Shown here piece after piece: positions 29,660 through 38,286 of a DNA stretch of 64,000 nt; position 1 is the stretch's first letter; each line of letters begins with the position of its first letter. The DNA comes from Gemmatimonadota bacterium. GTDB lineage: Bacteria; Gemmatimonadota; Gemmatimonadetes; Gemmatimonadales; GWC2-71-9. The stretch spans positions 32,001 to 96,000 of the forward strand of contig JBDHKN010000005.1 in the NCBI GenBank assembly GCA_039586365.1, in the 5' to 3' direction. The translations under genes were made by a program, and so were the position numbers. The notes under the pieces are model-generated. The model ran no database searches and was not told the origin of the DNA. It saw only the letters and a list, made by a program, of their open reading frames with translations.

Positions 29660-31423
29660 CTATGGAGGTGTCAGCAGTTGGAAGTAGCTCGCCACGTTGA
29701 AGCCAACGGGATCCACCTCGAAGATCCTGCTTCTGACGAAGTGACCAGTGGTCGGGAAATACGGCGGTGGCAGGTTGGCCGCACATTGATCGTACGAGTA
29801 GCGCTTGATGTAGCCCCGGCCCGACGTCAAGCCCACGGCACCGCGTTGACGCTGAATGATGCCGCCGGTCAAATAAATGCAGCCGCGTCCGGCGGTTGTG
29901 CCCTCACAAGGTTCATCTGAACTCGATCCGCTGCTGTAGTTCTCCGCGGTAAAGATATCGAGCGCCAGGACAACGCCGTGAATGAACTCGCCGGTGGTCT
30001 CATCATAAGTCCGATACGAGTAGCCGCCCTCCGGGATCACCGGTGCGTTCAGGGTGTTGTCAGCTATGATGATGTCGTCACCGCTGAACATGCCCAGCAT
30101 GTCTGTACATGTGCCGGCTCCTGGGTCGACCGAATACCTTATGTCATCGCCCAGCACGATGTCATCGGTGGCGGCCACGGTCACCTGGCCCCGCAGCATG
30201 CCGCTGATCACCACCTTGCCGGTTACGAAGATCACTCCCTTGAAGTTGGGGTTCAACGCACGATTAATTGGAAACAGGTAGTTGGCGTCAGGCTCTCCCG
30301 CCACGAGGGCACTCACCGGTCCCGGCCACTGTAGCCACCGACCGCCCTCCGGATCGGGCCCTGCATCGAACTGGTTCCAGATTTCATCTGCGCCGCCCAG
30401 GTAACATCGTCTGGTCGCACTCGTCACCGCGGTGAGCCAATTGTGACCACCGCTGGGATGAGAATCCGCCGGTACGAAAGTGGTCCCGTGATAGTCTCCG
30501 CAGTTGACGGAGTTCTCCAGCTGCTTCGTACTGTAGTTGCTGGGGACATCCCCGCTCACCCAATCTGGATCGGTCAGATGTTGGTATACCCGAATGAAGC
30601 CCTCGTTGGCATCGGTGGAATCTCCGTCGCCGTTGAGGTCCAAGGCCTTGAATAGAATCCGAGTGGTAGCCTCCCCTTCTCCTCCAGCCGTATTGCCGGT
30701 GAAATCCGTGTTCCCCGACTGCGCCTGCACCTGGAGCTTCATGAGATCGGCGGTCTGCGGCATGGGAATGGCGGGTGCCCACTCAGTGTAGCCCTGATGG
30801 AAGGTGCCATACACCGCCTGGTAGACGTCTTGACCCGTTGTGACCTCGCTGTGGAACGTCGCGCCGCTGGAGTAGATCCGGATCCGATCGTTCGAGTGGA
30901 CGGGCCCCCAAATCTGGTCGTTGTTGGCAAACCAGATGTTGCCCTCAATCGTAGTGAAATACGCGTACTTGGCGAAGCTCTCCTGTCTGATCTCACCGCG
31001 GCGAACCACCTGGTTGCCAGAGTTGTCTTGAGCAACAGAGACTATGCTACCGAACACGCCGTACTGCCCGCTGGTGATACCTGTGGGGCCCACGTAGGTA
31101 AAGCGGCGCACATCCGGAATCACTCCATTGTTCGCATCGGTAATCGCGACACCATTCTCCAGCGCATTATAGAGGCTGTCGGGGTACAGCGTCTTGTCAC
31201 CGTTTATCCTGGAGCGGGCCTCTTCGATACCGGCTTCGGCAGCGGACTCGAGTACGCTGAGCCGTTCGTTGTACCGGTTGATGGCTGCCGCATTCGTGCT
31301 CATCATCGCAGCACCCACCGATATCGCTGCGACGGCAATCGCGACCAGCAATGCCACTACGAGTGCTATTCCTCGCTCTTCACGCATTCGTTCGTTCAAC
31401 TTCATGGGTGCCTCCGTACTCAC
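29660..31423 (-). CDS. PilX-like minor pilin with a large C-terminal domain (cassette 1)
   Basis: ERG|IALVVAL prepilin-like site lacking E5, AAEAGIEEAR, GPVHSND, YSYD...PPPYFP. Confidence 0.8.
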   Translation of the reverse strand: MSTEAPMKLNERMREERGIALVVALLVAIAVAAISVGAAMMSTNAAAINRYNERLSVLESAAEAGIEEARSRINGDKTLYPDSLYNALENGVAITDANNGVIPDVRRFTYVGPTGITSGQYGVFGSIVSVAQDNSGNQVVRRGEIRQESFAKYAYFTTIEGNIWFANNDQIWGPVHSNDRIRIYSSGATFHSEVTTGQDVYQAVYGTFHQGYTEWAPAIPMPQTADLMKLQVQAQSGNTDFTGNTAGGEGEATTRILFKALDLNGDGDSTDANEGFIRVYQHLTDPDWVSGDVPSNYSTKQLENSVNCGDYHGTTFVPADSHPSGGHNWLTAVTSATRRCYLGGADEIWNQFDAGPDPEGGRWLQWPGPVSALVAGEPDANYLFPINRALNPNFKGVIFVTGKVVISGMLRGQVTVAATDDIVLGDDIRYSVDPGAGTCTDMLGMFSGDDIIIADNTLNAPVIPEGGYSYRTYDETTGEFIHGVVLALDIFTAENYSSGSSSDEPCEGTTAGRGCIYLTGGIIQRQRGAVGLTSGRGYIKRYSYDQCAANLPPPYFPTTGHFVRSRIFEVDPVGFNVASYFQLLTPP

Positions 31424-32598
31424 GGGACAGTAACCAGACTCGACTGTACCATCGATGAAAGCGAAGGGGTGCAGTCCTGCGCAGCCAACGCATAGTAGTA
31501 CTGGTCTCCCGATGCCACGTCTTGATCTTCATAGGTATATGTCGCCTGCCCTGCCGGAATGCTCAGGAGAGGATCACCCCAGTCTGGCTGAGCAGCGAGC
31601 CGACGCCAGATCACGTACCGGGCGACATCGTTCTCGCCGGCGGTTTCGTCTACGGCCTGACCCCAGGACAGCGTCACCACGGGCTCACCACCGGGCAGCG
31701 TACCCCCTGCTGCTGTGAGATTTGTTCCCAGGATCGGTTCATCTCCGCATGATCGCTTGACCTCGAGTCCGGCATTGGGCAGCCAGACGAGTCTCGCCAT
31801 GGACCGCAGGCGTTCATCCGCCCCGGTGCGGCCGTTGGTGGTGGTGAAATTCACCTGTACCGCTCGGACGCTGTCGATGCGAGACGCCGTGCCAGTGTCG
31901 GCCGCCGAACCGTGCAGCGGCACAGAGTGGAACCATGGCAACAGCCCCGGTGCTACCGGTTCGATGCGAGTCGGCGCACTCGGTGGAGTCCGTTCACGGA
32001 AATAGCTGAAGAACGGCTGCCCCGCCGTCTGCAGCAGATTGCGGCCAACTAGTTCCGGACTGTCCTGGTTCACTTGCTTGAACAGCGCGAAATCATCGGT
32101 CCTGGCAGTAGACGAATCCCGGTCAAAGAAGAACACGATCGTCTCGGCCGGGGAGTTACCGACTCCACCGATCGCCTGATAGGACGCAGCTGGATAGACA
32201 TTGGCGCTGTGCGGTATGGTGATTGGCGTGGCTGTCGTCAGCGCAGCCACCGAGCCGGTAGGGGCGTCGGGATCGTAGTAGACCGCCCAAACGTCATTCG
32301 CCACGTTGGTCGCGTAGTCAGCATTGAAGGCGACCACGTCTTCATCGATGTAGATGAGGAACGGCTGGTTGCCCGGCACGTTCGATCCTGCGGTGCGGAG
32401 GTCGAGTTCCAACACGTTGGTCGTGAACCGCAGATTCTGTAGCGCGTCCATTTGCTCCGAGCCCAGGCGGAATCCGCGACTCTGCGAAAGCATCGCTGAC
32501 AACGCAGTAGCCACGATCAGACCGAACACTATCAGTGCGATCATCAGCTCCGGCAGTGTCATTCCCTGCTCGCTTGGCCTCAACGTAGAGCATCTCAT
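31420..32598 (-). CDS. PilW-like minor pilin with a C-terminal Fn3-like domain (cassette 1)
   Basis: QG|MTLPELMIAL, DLRTAG; C-terminal VTLSW...YVIWRR...YEDQDV..GDQYYY. Confidence 0.8.
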   Translation of the reverse strand: MRCSTLRPSEQGMTLPELMIALIVFGLIVATALSAMLSQSRGFRLGSEQMDALQNLRFTTNVLELDLRTAGSNVPGNQPFLIYIDEDVVAFNADYATNVANDVWAVYYDPDAPTGSVAALTTATPITIPHSANVYPAASYQAIGGVGNSPAETIVFFFDRDSSTARTDDFALFKQVNQDSPELVGRNLLQTAGQPFFSYFRERTPPSAPTRIEPVAPGLLPWFHSVPLHGSAADTGTASRIDSVRAVQVNFTTTNGRTGADERLRSMARLVWLPNAGLEVKRSCGDEPILGTNLTAAGGTLPGGEPVVTLSWGQAVDETAGENDVARYVIWRRLAAQPDWGDPLLSIPAGQATYTYEDQDVASGDQYYYALAAQDCTPSLSSMVQSSLVTVP

Positions 32599-32975
32599 GG
32601 TGCAGCCACGGTGACTGATCGGGACACCGGCTGAGCCAACCCGGGACCTTGGACCGATACTGTGATCTTCTTGTGATCGGTCGTCTGACCGAGACCTCCC
32701 ACGCGGACTATGGTGGTCGTCCGCGTGAATCCAGGGAGAGAGGCGAAGCCGCTCTCGGTCCCGCTGTAGGTAGTGTCCAACCCCCCGTAGTTCGGATCCA
32801 TCTGAATCTGATCGATCCGACTATCGACAAGCTGTAATGCAGAGGCTTTGCGATCGCCTACTGTGACGATGTGCAGAAACGAGCCTGTCGTGCTCCCCAG
32901 AGCCAAGATCACGGTGCTGATGACAATCAGGGCCATGAGCACCTCAACCAGGGTGAATCCGCGTTCCGTCTTCAT
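32595..32975 (-). CDS. PilV-like minor pilin (cassette 1)
   Basis: MKTERG|FTLVEVLMAL; start overlaps the upstream stop (TGATG). Confidence 0.85.
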   Translation of the reverse strand: MKTERGFTLVEVLMALIVISTVILALGSTTGSFLHIVTVGDRKASALQLVDSRIDQIQMDPNYGGLDTTYSGTESGFASLPGFTRTTTIVRVGGLGQTTDHKKITVSVQGPGLAQPVSRSVTVAAP

Positions 32976-33559
32976 CAGAAGCCTCGTTGCCACACGCCGC
33001 TGTAACGGTGCCATGAGACGCGTCCGGTGGACCGCTCGACCTCGAGCAACCGCGTGTCGGTCGCGTGAGCACCACTGAGGGTCGCTCGACGCGAGGTTAA
33101 ATACACACCACCACGCTCACTTGCGCTCCCGTTGCGATGGTAGGTGAGCGCCGGTAATCCAGTGAACTTCTTCTTGAAGGTGACCGGCCCCGGGCCCACG
33201 GGATGGGCTGGCGCTCCCCCGGCAGACAGAACCACCTGTTCTCCCAGAGCTACTCCGCGGGTTCGTTCACCGGCATCGAGCAGCCCATTGTTATTGGCAT
33301 CCTCGATCACGCGAATCGCGTTGGTTCCCGCATCGAATGTGATGACCACGTCGTGTTGCGCAGTCACTGCACGACGCTGTGCAGACAGCAGAGTGGTGCC
33401 TACACCTCGCATTGAGCTTTCAATCCGGTACTTCGTGTAATCGAATCGGGGCAGTGCGAAGGCGGCCACTAAACCGATGATTACCACCACGATGAGGAGT
33501 TCGATCAGCGTTACGCCAGCCCGATTGGGTGGTCTCAAATGCAGTACTACAAACGCCAT
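32975..33559 (-). CDS. FimT/GspH-like minor pilin (cassette 1)
   Basis: AG|VTLIELLIVVVIIG...P, AQRRAV, TGRV; GGAG RBS before ATG 33559. Confidence 0.85.
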   Translation of the reverse strand: MAFVVLHLRPPNRAGVTLIELLIVVVIIGLVAAFALPRFDYTKYRIESSMRGVGTTLLSAQRRAVTAQHDVVITFDAGTNAIRVIEDANNNGLLDAGERTRGVALGEQVVLSAGGAPAHPVGPGPVTFKKKFTGLPALTYHRNGSASERGGVYLTSRRATLSGAHATDTRLLEVERSTGRVSWHRYSGVWQRGF

Positions 33560-33561
33560 AG

Positions 33562-33667
33562 TTGCTCCTGGTAGCTCGGCTGCCGTTTCCAAGACCTGCC
33601 GTCTGGCTAACGACCCGTGGCTTTGCGTCCCACGGTTACCCGTGGTTTGCCCTTTTCAGCAAGCAGC
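33562..33667 (-). promoter_or_regulatory. Cyclic di-GMP-I (GEMM) riboswitch
   Basis: Minus strand reads GGGCAAACCACGG-GTAA-CCGTGGGACGCAAAGCCACGGGTC...CAGCCGAGCTACC: GEMM-I consensus with a GNRA tetraloop and residues equivalent to G20, A47 and C92. Confidence 0.92.
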
Positions 33668-33951
33668 ATAGCCGGTGGTGTGCAACCTTGCGGAAGCTGC
33701 GCCTCATTGTCCGGAGGCTACGACAGCCGCGAAGACCTACTGCGCCACTTTCAACATGGTCGTTTCGCCCCTGCAATCACCGTGTGCCACGTCACAGTCC
33801 ACGTACACCTAATATCCTCGTCAGTCACGCGTTTGGCGAGAGTTGGTGGAGTCCGCAACCGACAACGCGATTGCAGGACAAGCACCAGATTCCAGACATT
33901 TGGACCCGCAACATGGACGAACGGCCCGGCGGCACTTAGCTTATCGCAACG

Positions 33952-34815
33952 ATGGCGGACTACGGACTCGTTATTTCGGACCCACCACAGGGTGACGTTG
34001 ACTTTCGCCAAGCGGCTCCCTGTTTCGGCCTGACCCCCGCCGAAGTACGGATGAAGGCCAACTATCAGGTCCCCGAGATCTGGATCGCCGACGTGGACGA
34101 GCAGAAGGTAGAGGCGACCGTCGGACTCCTGCGAAAGGCGGGACTCAGAGTCGCGCACCGCTCGGGAAAGGATCTTCAGAGCATACCGGCCCCCCAAATG
34201 GTGCGATCGTTCCAGTTTGCGGCGAACGGACTCCGAATCAGTCTGGATGGCGGGGAGGCCGAGATCAGCTACGATGCCCCCATGGTCGGGATCTTCTGCC
34301 AACCGCTTCGCAGCGGCTTCGACAGCCGACCAGCGGGACATGACTCCCTCAAGGACCGCATGGCTCACGGCGGTATCGCGCTGGGAGATTCCAAGCGTGG
34401 ATCCAGCTTGGAAGGCATGCTAGCAGCCAAACGACCGCACCTCGAGGAAGCCCCGTTCTTCGATATCTACGAGCTGAAGGATGGCGGAATGATGCGACTG
34501 TCAGTGATCCAGGATGTCGTTGACTTCTCTGGGTTGCCGACGACGCACCGGCGGGCCGCGGACAACATGGCGCTGTTCGTCGCCGAGTGCGCCGATCGGT
34601 TAGTTGAGGCCCGAATCGACCGGCGTCTCGTGGGAATGCGCTGGCGCAGACGGCCGCCGGTGAGCGCCCCACTTCGTGAAGACAGTCGCCGCAAGGGCTT
34701 CTCCTTTGCCACCGCAAAACTGTCACAGCTCCTGGAGTCGATCTCACCTGAGTTGCGGGACGTGAGCGACCCGGACCTCTCATCCAGGCTGGCATATCTC
34801 ACGAGCCGCTCGTAG
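33952..34815 (+). CDS. Hypothetical protein, 287 aa
   Basis: Long ORF filling the gap between the two pilin cassettes, globular composition, followed by a terminator-like hairpin. Confidence 0.7.
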   Translation: MADYGLVISDPPQGDVDFRQAAPCFGLTPAEVRMKANYQVPEIWIADVDEQKVEATVGLLRKAGLRVAHRSGKDLQSIPAPQMVRSFQFAANGLRISLDGGEAEISYDAPMVGIFCQPLRSGFDSRPAGHDSLKDRMAHGGIALGDSKRGSSLEGMLAAKRPHLEEAPFFDIYELKDGGMMRLSVIQDVVDFSGLPTTHRRAADNMALFVAECADRLVEARIDRRLVGMRWRRRPPVSAPLREDSRRKGFSFATAKLSQLLESISPELRDVSDPDLSSRLAYLTSRS

Positions 34816-34846
34816 CTACTAGACAAGAAGCACCATGAGTAGTGAC

Positions 34847-34886
34847 GAAACCGCCGGTCGGCTCCTTCAGCTCGACCGGCGGCTTC
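34847..34886. terminator. Hairpin between convergent genes (probable terminator)
   Basis: CCGCCGGTCG (34851-34860) / CGACCGGCGG (34873-34882). Confidence 0.6.
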
Positions 34887-34912
34887 ACAACGCGCAATGG
34901 GATCACACTATA

Positions 34913-36037
34913 TCAATAGGAGTACAACCAGCCCCTCGAACGCAGCATTGCGCCCGGGGCCGCATTGGTCAAGACCCGTGCCACCGCACAACTCGAGTAC
35001 TGGACCAGAGCGTCACCCAGGATTGAGTTGTCATCCAGGTCGACATTGGCGGCCATCACTGCACCGTTGAAGTGTCCGCCGGTACCCGTCGTCTTGAGCA
35101 CCCCTCTTGTGACTACGATGCCAAAGAACTCAAAACCACCTTGGACCGATAGGTTACCGTCCACCAGCAGAATGCCTTGTCCGTAGCCACCGCTGATACT
35201 CAGGTTCCCCTCCACGTACATGATGGGGAAATAGCCACCGCACGCTGACGCCGGCGCGAGAGGATCGCCCCAGTTGTCCTCGGTGGCAAGAATACACGCT
35301 CCTCCCTGGATGTCCGGCCCGATGCCCGTATGGGTGCCGGGTGTCACCAGCTTGTTCCTCATCAAGACGAGAGCGTCCCAGTCCATGTCGCCATATTGGA
35401 AGAAAGTCGTGCTGTCGATCGTGGCGTCTTCGCTGACCGGCGGCGACCCTGCGATACACGAGTAACTCGGCCCTGCGCAACTTCCTTGGCCATGGAGCTC
35501 ACCCGGAGGCAGCCGTATCCCCGACATGTTCGTGTCCGGATGGCAGTTCATCCATGCGGTCGGATCAGTGTTGGTCCCGTCCACTTTCGCATTGCCACCG
35601 ATCTTGGTTGTTCCTTGGGTCGTGAGCGCGGCCTGCACGTCCATGTCGATCGTGCGCAACCTGACCAAGGCTCCTATGCTCTGCTGTGTTCTGCTGCCCG
35701 CGTCCTGGCCGGTGATATCCACCACAAACAACTCGTTGTTGAGCCTGGTAACCGTGCCGGCATAGCTACCCGATCCACCAGCAGGAGAGCCGTTCACAGC
35801 CACCGAAGAGTCCACGGCGAGCATATTGTAGATGCCAGGTTCCCAGTTCCCAACGGTTTCGCTCAGCCCGTGTTCTGCCACGGCAAACGCCTGTGCCGAC
35901 CGTCGTGTTGAGTTGGCATCCCGCCGCTCCATGACGCCCGACACGACGAACCCGGTGATGACGGTACCGGTCACCACCAAACCTATGATAGCGACCAAAA
36001 GCACCATGCCTCTTTCATTCTTAAAGTACTTCGTCAT
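34913..36037 (-). CDS. PilX-like minor pilin (cassette 2)
   Basis: NERG|MVLLVAII, QAFAVAEHGL, C-terminal GILLVDGNL...FFGIVV beta-helix-like region. Confidence 0.8.
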   Translation of the reverse strand: MTKYFKNERGMVLLVAIIGLVVTGTVITGFVVSGVMERRDANSTRRSAQAFAVAEHGLSETVGNWEPGIYNMLAVDSSVAVNGSPAGGSGSYAGTVTRLNNELFVVDITGQDAGSRTQQSIGALVRLRTIDMDVQAALTTQGTTKIGGNAKVDGTNTDPTAWMNCHPDTNMSGIRLPPGELHGQGSCAGPSYSCIAGSPPVSEDATIDSTTFFQYGDMDWDALVLMRNKLVTPGTHTGIGPDIQGGACILATEDNWGDPLAPASACGGYFPIMYVEGNLSISGGYGQGILLVDGNLSVQGGFEFFGIVVTRGVLKTTGTGGHFNGAVMAANVDLDDNSILGDALVQYSSCAVARVLTNAAPGAMLRSRGWLYSY

Positions 36038-36052
36038 AGTCTCTCGATCCTG

Positions 36053-36931
36053 CTAGAATCTCGGATTGTTACGCAGCGCCACCCGTGAAATCAGCGAGTC
36101 GCGCGCGAAGTCGGTCGTGGCCACACTCTGTCGTACCCGATTGCGGGATTCGCCCCGCAACAGCACCGCGATACTTGCGATGTCGGTGATTGTTCCCGCG
36201 GCGGCGCCGGTACTGTCGAAATAGGCCAGCGTCATCCCGCCGGCGGCGAGCGGCCCTACGAGGGGAAGCGGTGTGGTCCAGGCGCCCGCACGACTGGCGG
36301 TGCGCTGGGCCAGCCACCAACGTCCGCCGGTTGAAAGAAGCGTGAGCTCCTCCAGTTGAAACCCCCGAAGCGGGCTTCCCAAGGTCACCCCGGCCACCAC
36401 CGCGGCTGAGCCTCCGGCAAGTAGCGGAATCTCCACCGACAGATCGGCTGAGGGAGAACCGTCCGCGCAGTTACCGGCAGCCACCGCGGTCACACCCCCT
36501 GCCAGCCAGGCATCGTCGGCTCTGGTGGTCGGATCGCCGTCAACGAAGACGAACACCGAGTCCAGGGCCGCGCTTGGGCCACGGACTCCATAGATGAGGT
36601 CCCGTCTGACAGGCATTGTGACAACCGTCATTGATGCTGCCACGGGCGCGGTGCAGAGAATCCCCGTCCAGCGCATGCTGCGGAACTGCAGCTGTGTCCC
36701 GGTTGCCACGACGATGTCATTCTCGGCTGCGTTCAGCTCCCGTATCACACTGGCTAAGTAGCCAACGCCTGCGCGGAGGTTCTGTCGCACGTCAACCTGC
36801 TGAGTACCGGCCTGGGTAGCCCTTTGGGTATTCACAATTGCTTGAAAGACCACGGTGGCCACTGCCGCGCCCAACCCTAAGGCCATTATCAACTCGATCA
36901 GCGAGAAACCGTTCCGATTCATCGTAGGCAT
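36053..36931 (-). CDS. PilW-like minor pilin (cassette 2)
   Basis: NG|FSLIELIMAL, QNLRAG, terminal VALRN. Start is ATG 36931 or 36922. Confidence 0.8.
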   Translation of the reverse strand: MPTMNRNGFSLIELIMALGLGAAVATVVFQAIVNTQRATQAGTQQVDVRQNLRAGVGYLASVIRELNAAENDIVVATGTQLQFRSMRWTGILCTAPVAASMTVVTMPVRRDLIYGVRGPSAALDSVFVFVDGDPTTRADDAWLAGGVTAVAAGNCADGSPSADLSVEIPLLAGGSAAVVAGVTLGSPLRGFQLEELTLLSTGGRWWLAQRTASRAGAWTTPLPLVGPLAAGGMTLAYFDSTGAAAGTITDIASIAVLLRGESRNRVRQSVATTDFARDSLISRVALRNNPRF

Positions 36932-37296
36932 GTCAGTGCCTTCTCCAATGTGTCCGTACGAGATCGTCCCACAGCAAGTGGATACGTGGAAGTCAGAGTG
37001 ATGTGCCGGACCGGTGTCGTGACAGTGCCGTCGACCGTCCACGCGAGGTTGTACAATCCCTCCTGTACCTCACTGCCGTTGCCTATCCCGTCGCAGCCCA
37101 GGGCCTCGAGCTGCTCGAGACGCTGGTGGGCATAGTACGCAGCCGCTATCTCGCGATCTGATTCTCCCAGTGTCCGGATCACGGAGGCTGTCGCCCCTAG
37201 CATTCCGAGTAAGCCAATCGCGAGCACAACGATCGCGATTAGGACTTCCACCAAAGTGAACCCCGCCTGGCGTTCCGGTTTCTCGATCCGGGTCAC
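36919..37296 (-). CDS. PilV-like minor pilin (cassette 2)
   Basis: QAG|FTLVEVLIAIVVLAIGLLG; GTGA overlap with the upstream gene. Confidence 0.85.
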   Translation of the reverse strand: MTRIEKPERQAGFTLVEVLIAIVVLAIGLLGMLGATASVIRTLGESDREIAAAYYAHQRLEQLEALGCDGIGNGSEVQEGLYNLAWTVDGTVTTPVRHITLTSTYPLAVGRSRTDTLEKALTCLR

Positions 37297-37769
37297 CACG
37301 TGGCCCATCCTATTGGAGAGATTGCCAGCGTATCGGAATGGCCGCCCTTGCCAAACTTCATTACGATCCAACCCGGGGAGGACCCCAAGCCATTGGGATT
37401 GAAGATCACAGAGTCACCGCTAGTAGACACGGTCACGCCAAACCGGTTCCCCAGGTCTTGCACGCCACCAATCGTGTCCACCCCAACTCCCCCTACAGTG
37501 CAACTGGTGACCCATATCTGCGCATTGGCGCCGCTCGTCATGTGCAGTGCACTTCTGCAACCTCGATTGGCTGCGGTACCGCGAGCCCGCGCCAGTTGAG
37601 TCGTGACGGAACGCCTGGCTCCACGAACCGCTTCGCTCGCCATGCCCTTTTTCGCCGTTGGAATGGCCACCGCCGACACTATACCGACGATTGCTAGCGA
37701 TACCATCAGCTCAGTGAGCGTCAATCCCGCGCGACTGCGAACAGCTGAGCGACCTCGCATTTGCTCCAT
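37293..37769 (-). CDS. FimT/GspH-like minor pilin (cassette 2)
   Basis: RAG|LTLTELMVSLAIVG...P, ARARGTA, IFNPNG; GGAGG RBS before ATG 37769. Confidence 0.85.
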   Translation of the reverse strand: MEQMRGRSAVRSRAGLTLTELMVSLAIVGIVSAVAIPTAKKGMASEAVRGARRSVTTQLARARGTAANRGCRSALHMTSGANAQIWVTSCTVGGVGVDTIGGVQDLGNRFGVTVSTSGDSVIFNPNGLGSSPGWIVMKFGKGGHSDTLAISPIGWATW

Positions 37770-37819
37770 CAGTGCCTCCGTCCCCGTGAGCCCGTGAACA
37801 GCATCCCATCCAGCTGAGA

Positions 37820-37835
37820 GGCAACACGAATGCCA
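37820..37835 (-). promoter_or_regulatory. Putative sigma54 (-24/-12) promoter
   Basis: TGGCATTCGTGTTGC has exact GG-N10-GC spacing and lies ~50 nt upstream of the first gene of pilin cassette 2. Confidence 0.7.
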
Positions 37836-38114
37836 CCGATGAGGGAACCGGGCTCCACGACGTACATTGTTGAACAAGGCCAACTTAGCGGGTGTGACCC
37901 AACTCAATCAGTGGGGCAAATCACATTTATGGCCTGCTCGATATGCCAACCGTCAGGCTATTTGCGAATCCTGAGAACCGAACATCTACCGCAGGGAGGA
38001 CTCTGCGTTGGCGAACTCTGACACTTAGCGCAACCAACTGGAGCTGTGACGCATCTAAATTGATAGCCAAACCGGTGAAACCAGCGCCGAGGAAGCGCGT
38101 AGTGACATATAGGC

Positions 38115-38226
38115 AGAGAGCTGCGCCGTGCTGAGCAGCTTGCCGCCAGGCAGGCTACAATCGTCAGGGAGGGGACGATCGGGACCAAGCTAGCCCGGCT
38201 CAGCACGGCGCAGCTCTCTCTTTTTT
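38115..38226 (+). ncRNA. Candidate structured RNA or inverted-repeat element (unassigned)
   Basis: Perfect 22-bp inverted arms (38115-38136 / 38198-38219), an inner helix and hairpin, and a T6 tail. Confidence 0.45.
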
Positions 38227-38286
38227 GGATTCGTTGCGGAGGCGGAGGTTTGTTCGCCGCTACAGCTTAGCCTCCCGAGTCGATCT

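Noticed and set aside
33772..33789. sigma54-like motif TGGCACACGGTGATTGCA (minus strand) upstream of the riboswitch
   Set aside because: GG-to-GC spacing is 12 nt rather than the required 10. It would be perfect without one AC dinucleotide, so read support is worth a look, but it is not called.
38115..38226. Assignment of the hairpin element as SRP RNA, 6S RNA or Y RNA
   Set aside because: It lacks the SRP GGAA-tetraloop domain IV motif, is too short and perfectly paired for 6S, and only superficially resembles a Y-RNA stem. Left unassigned.
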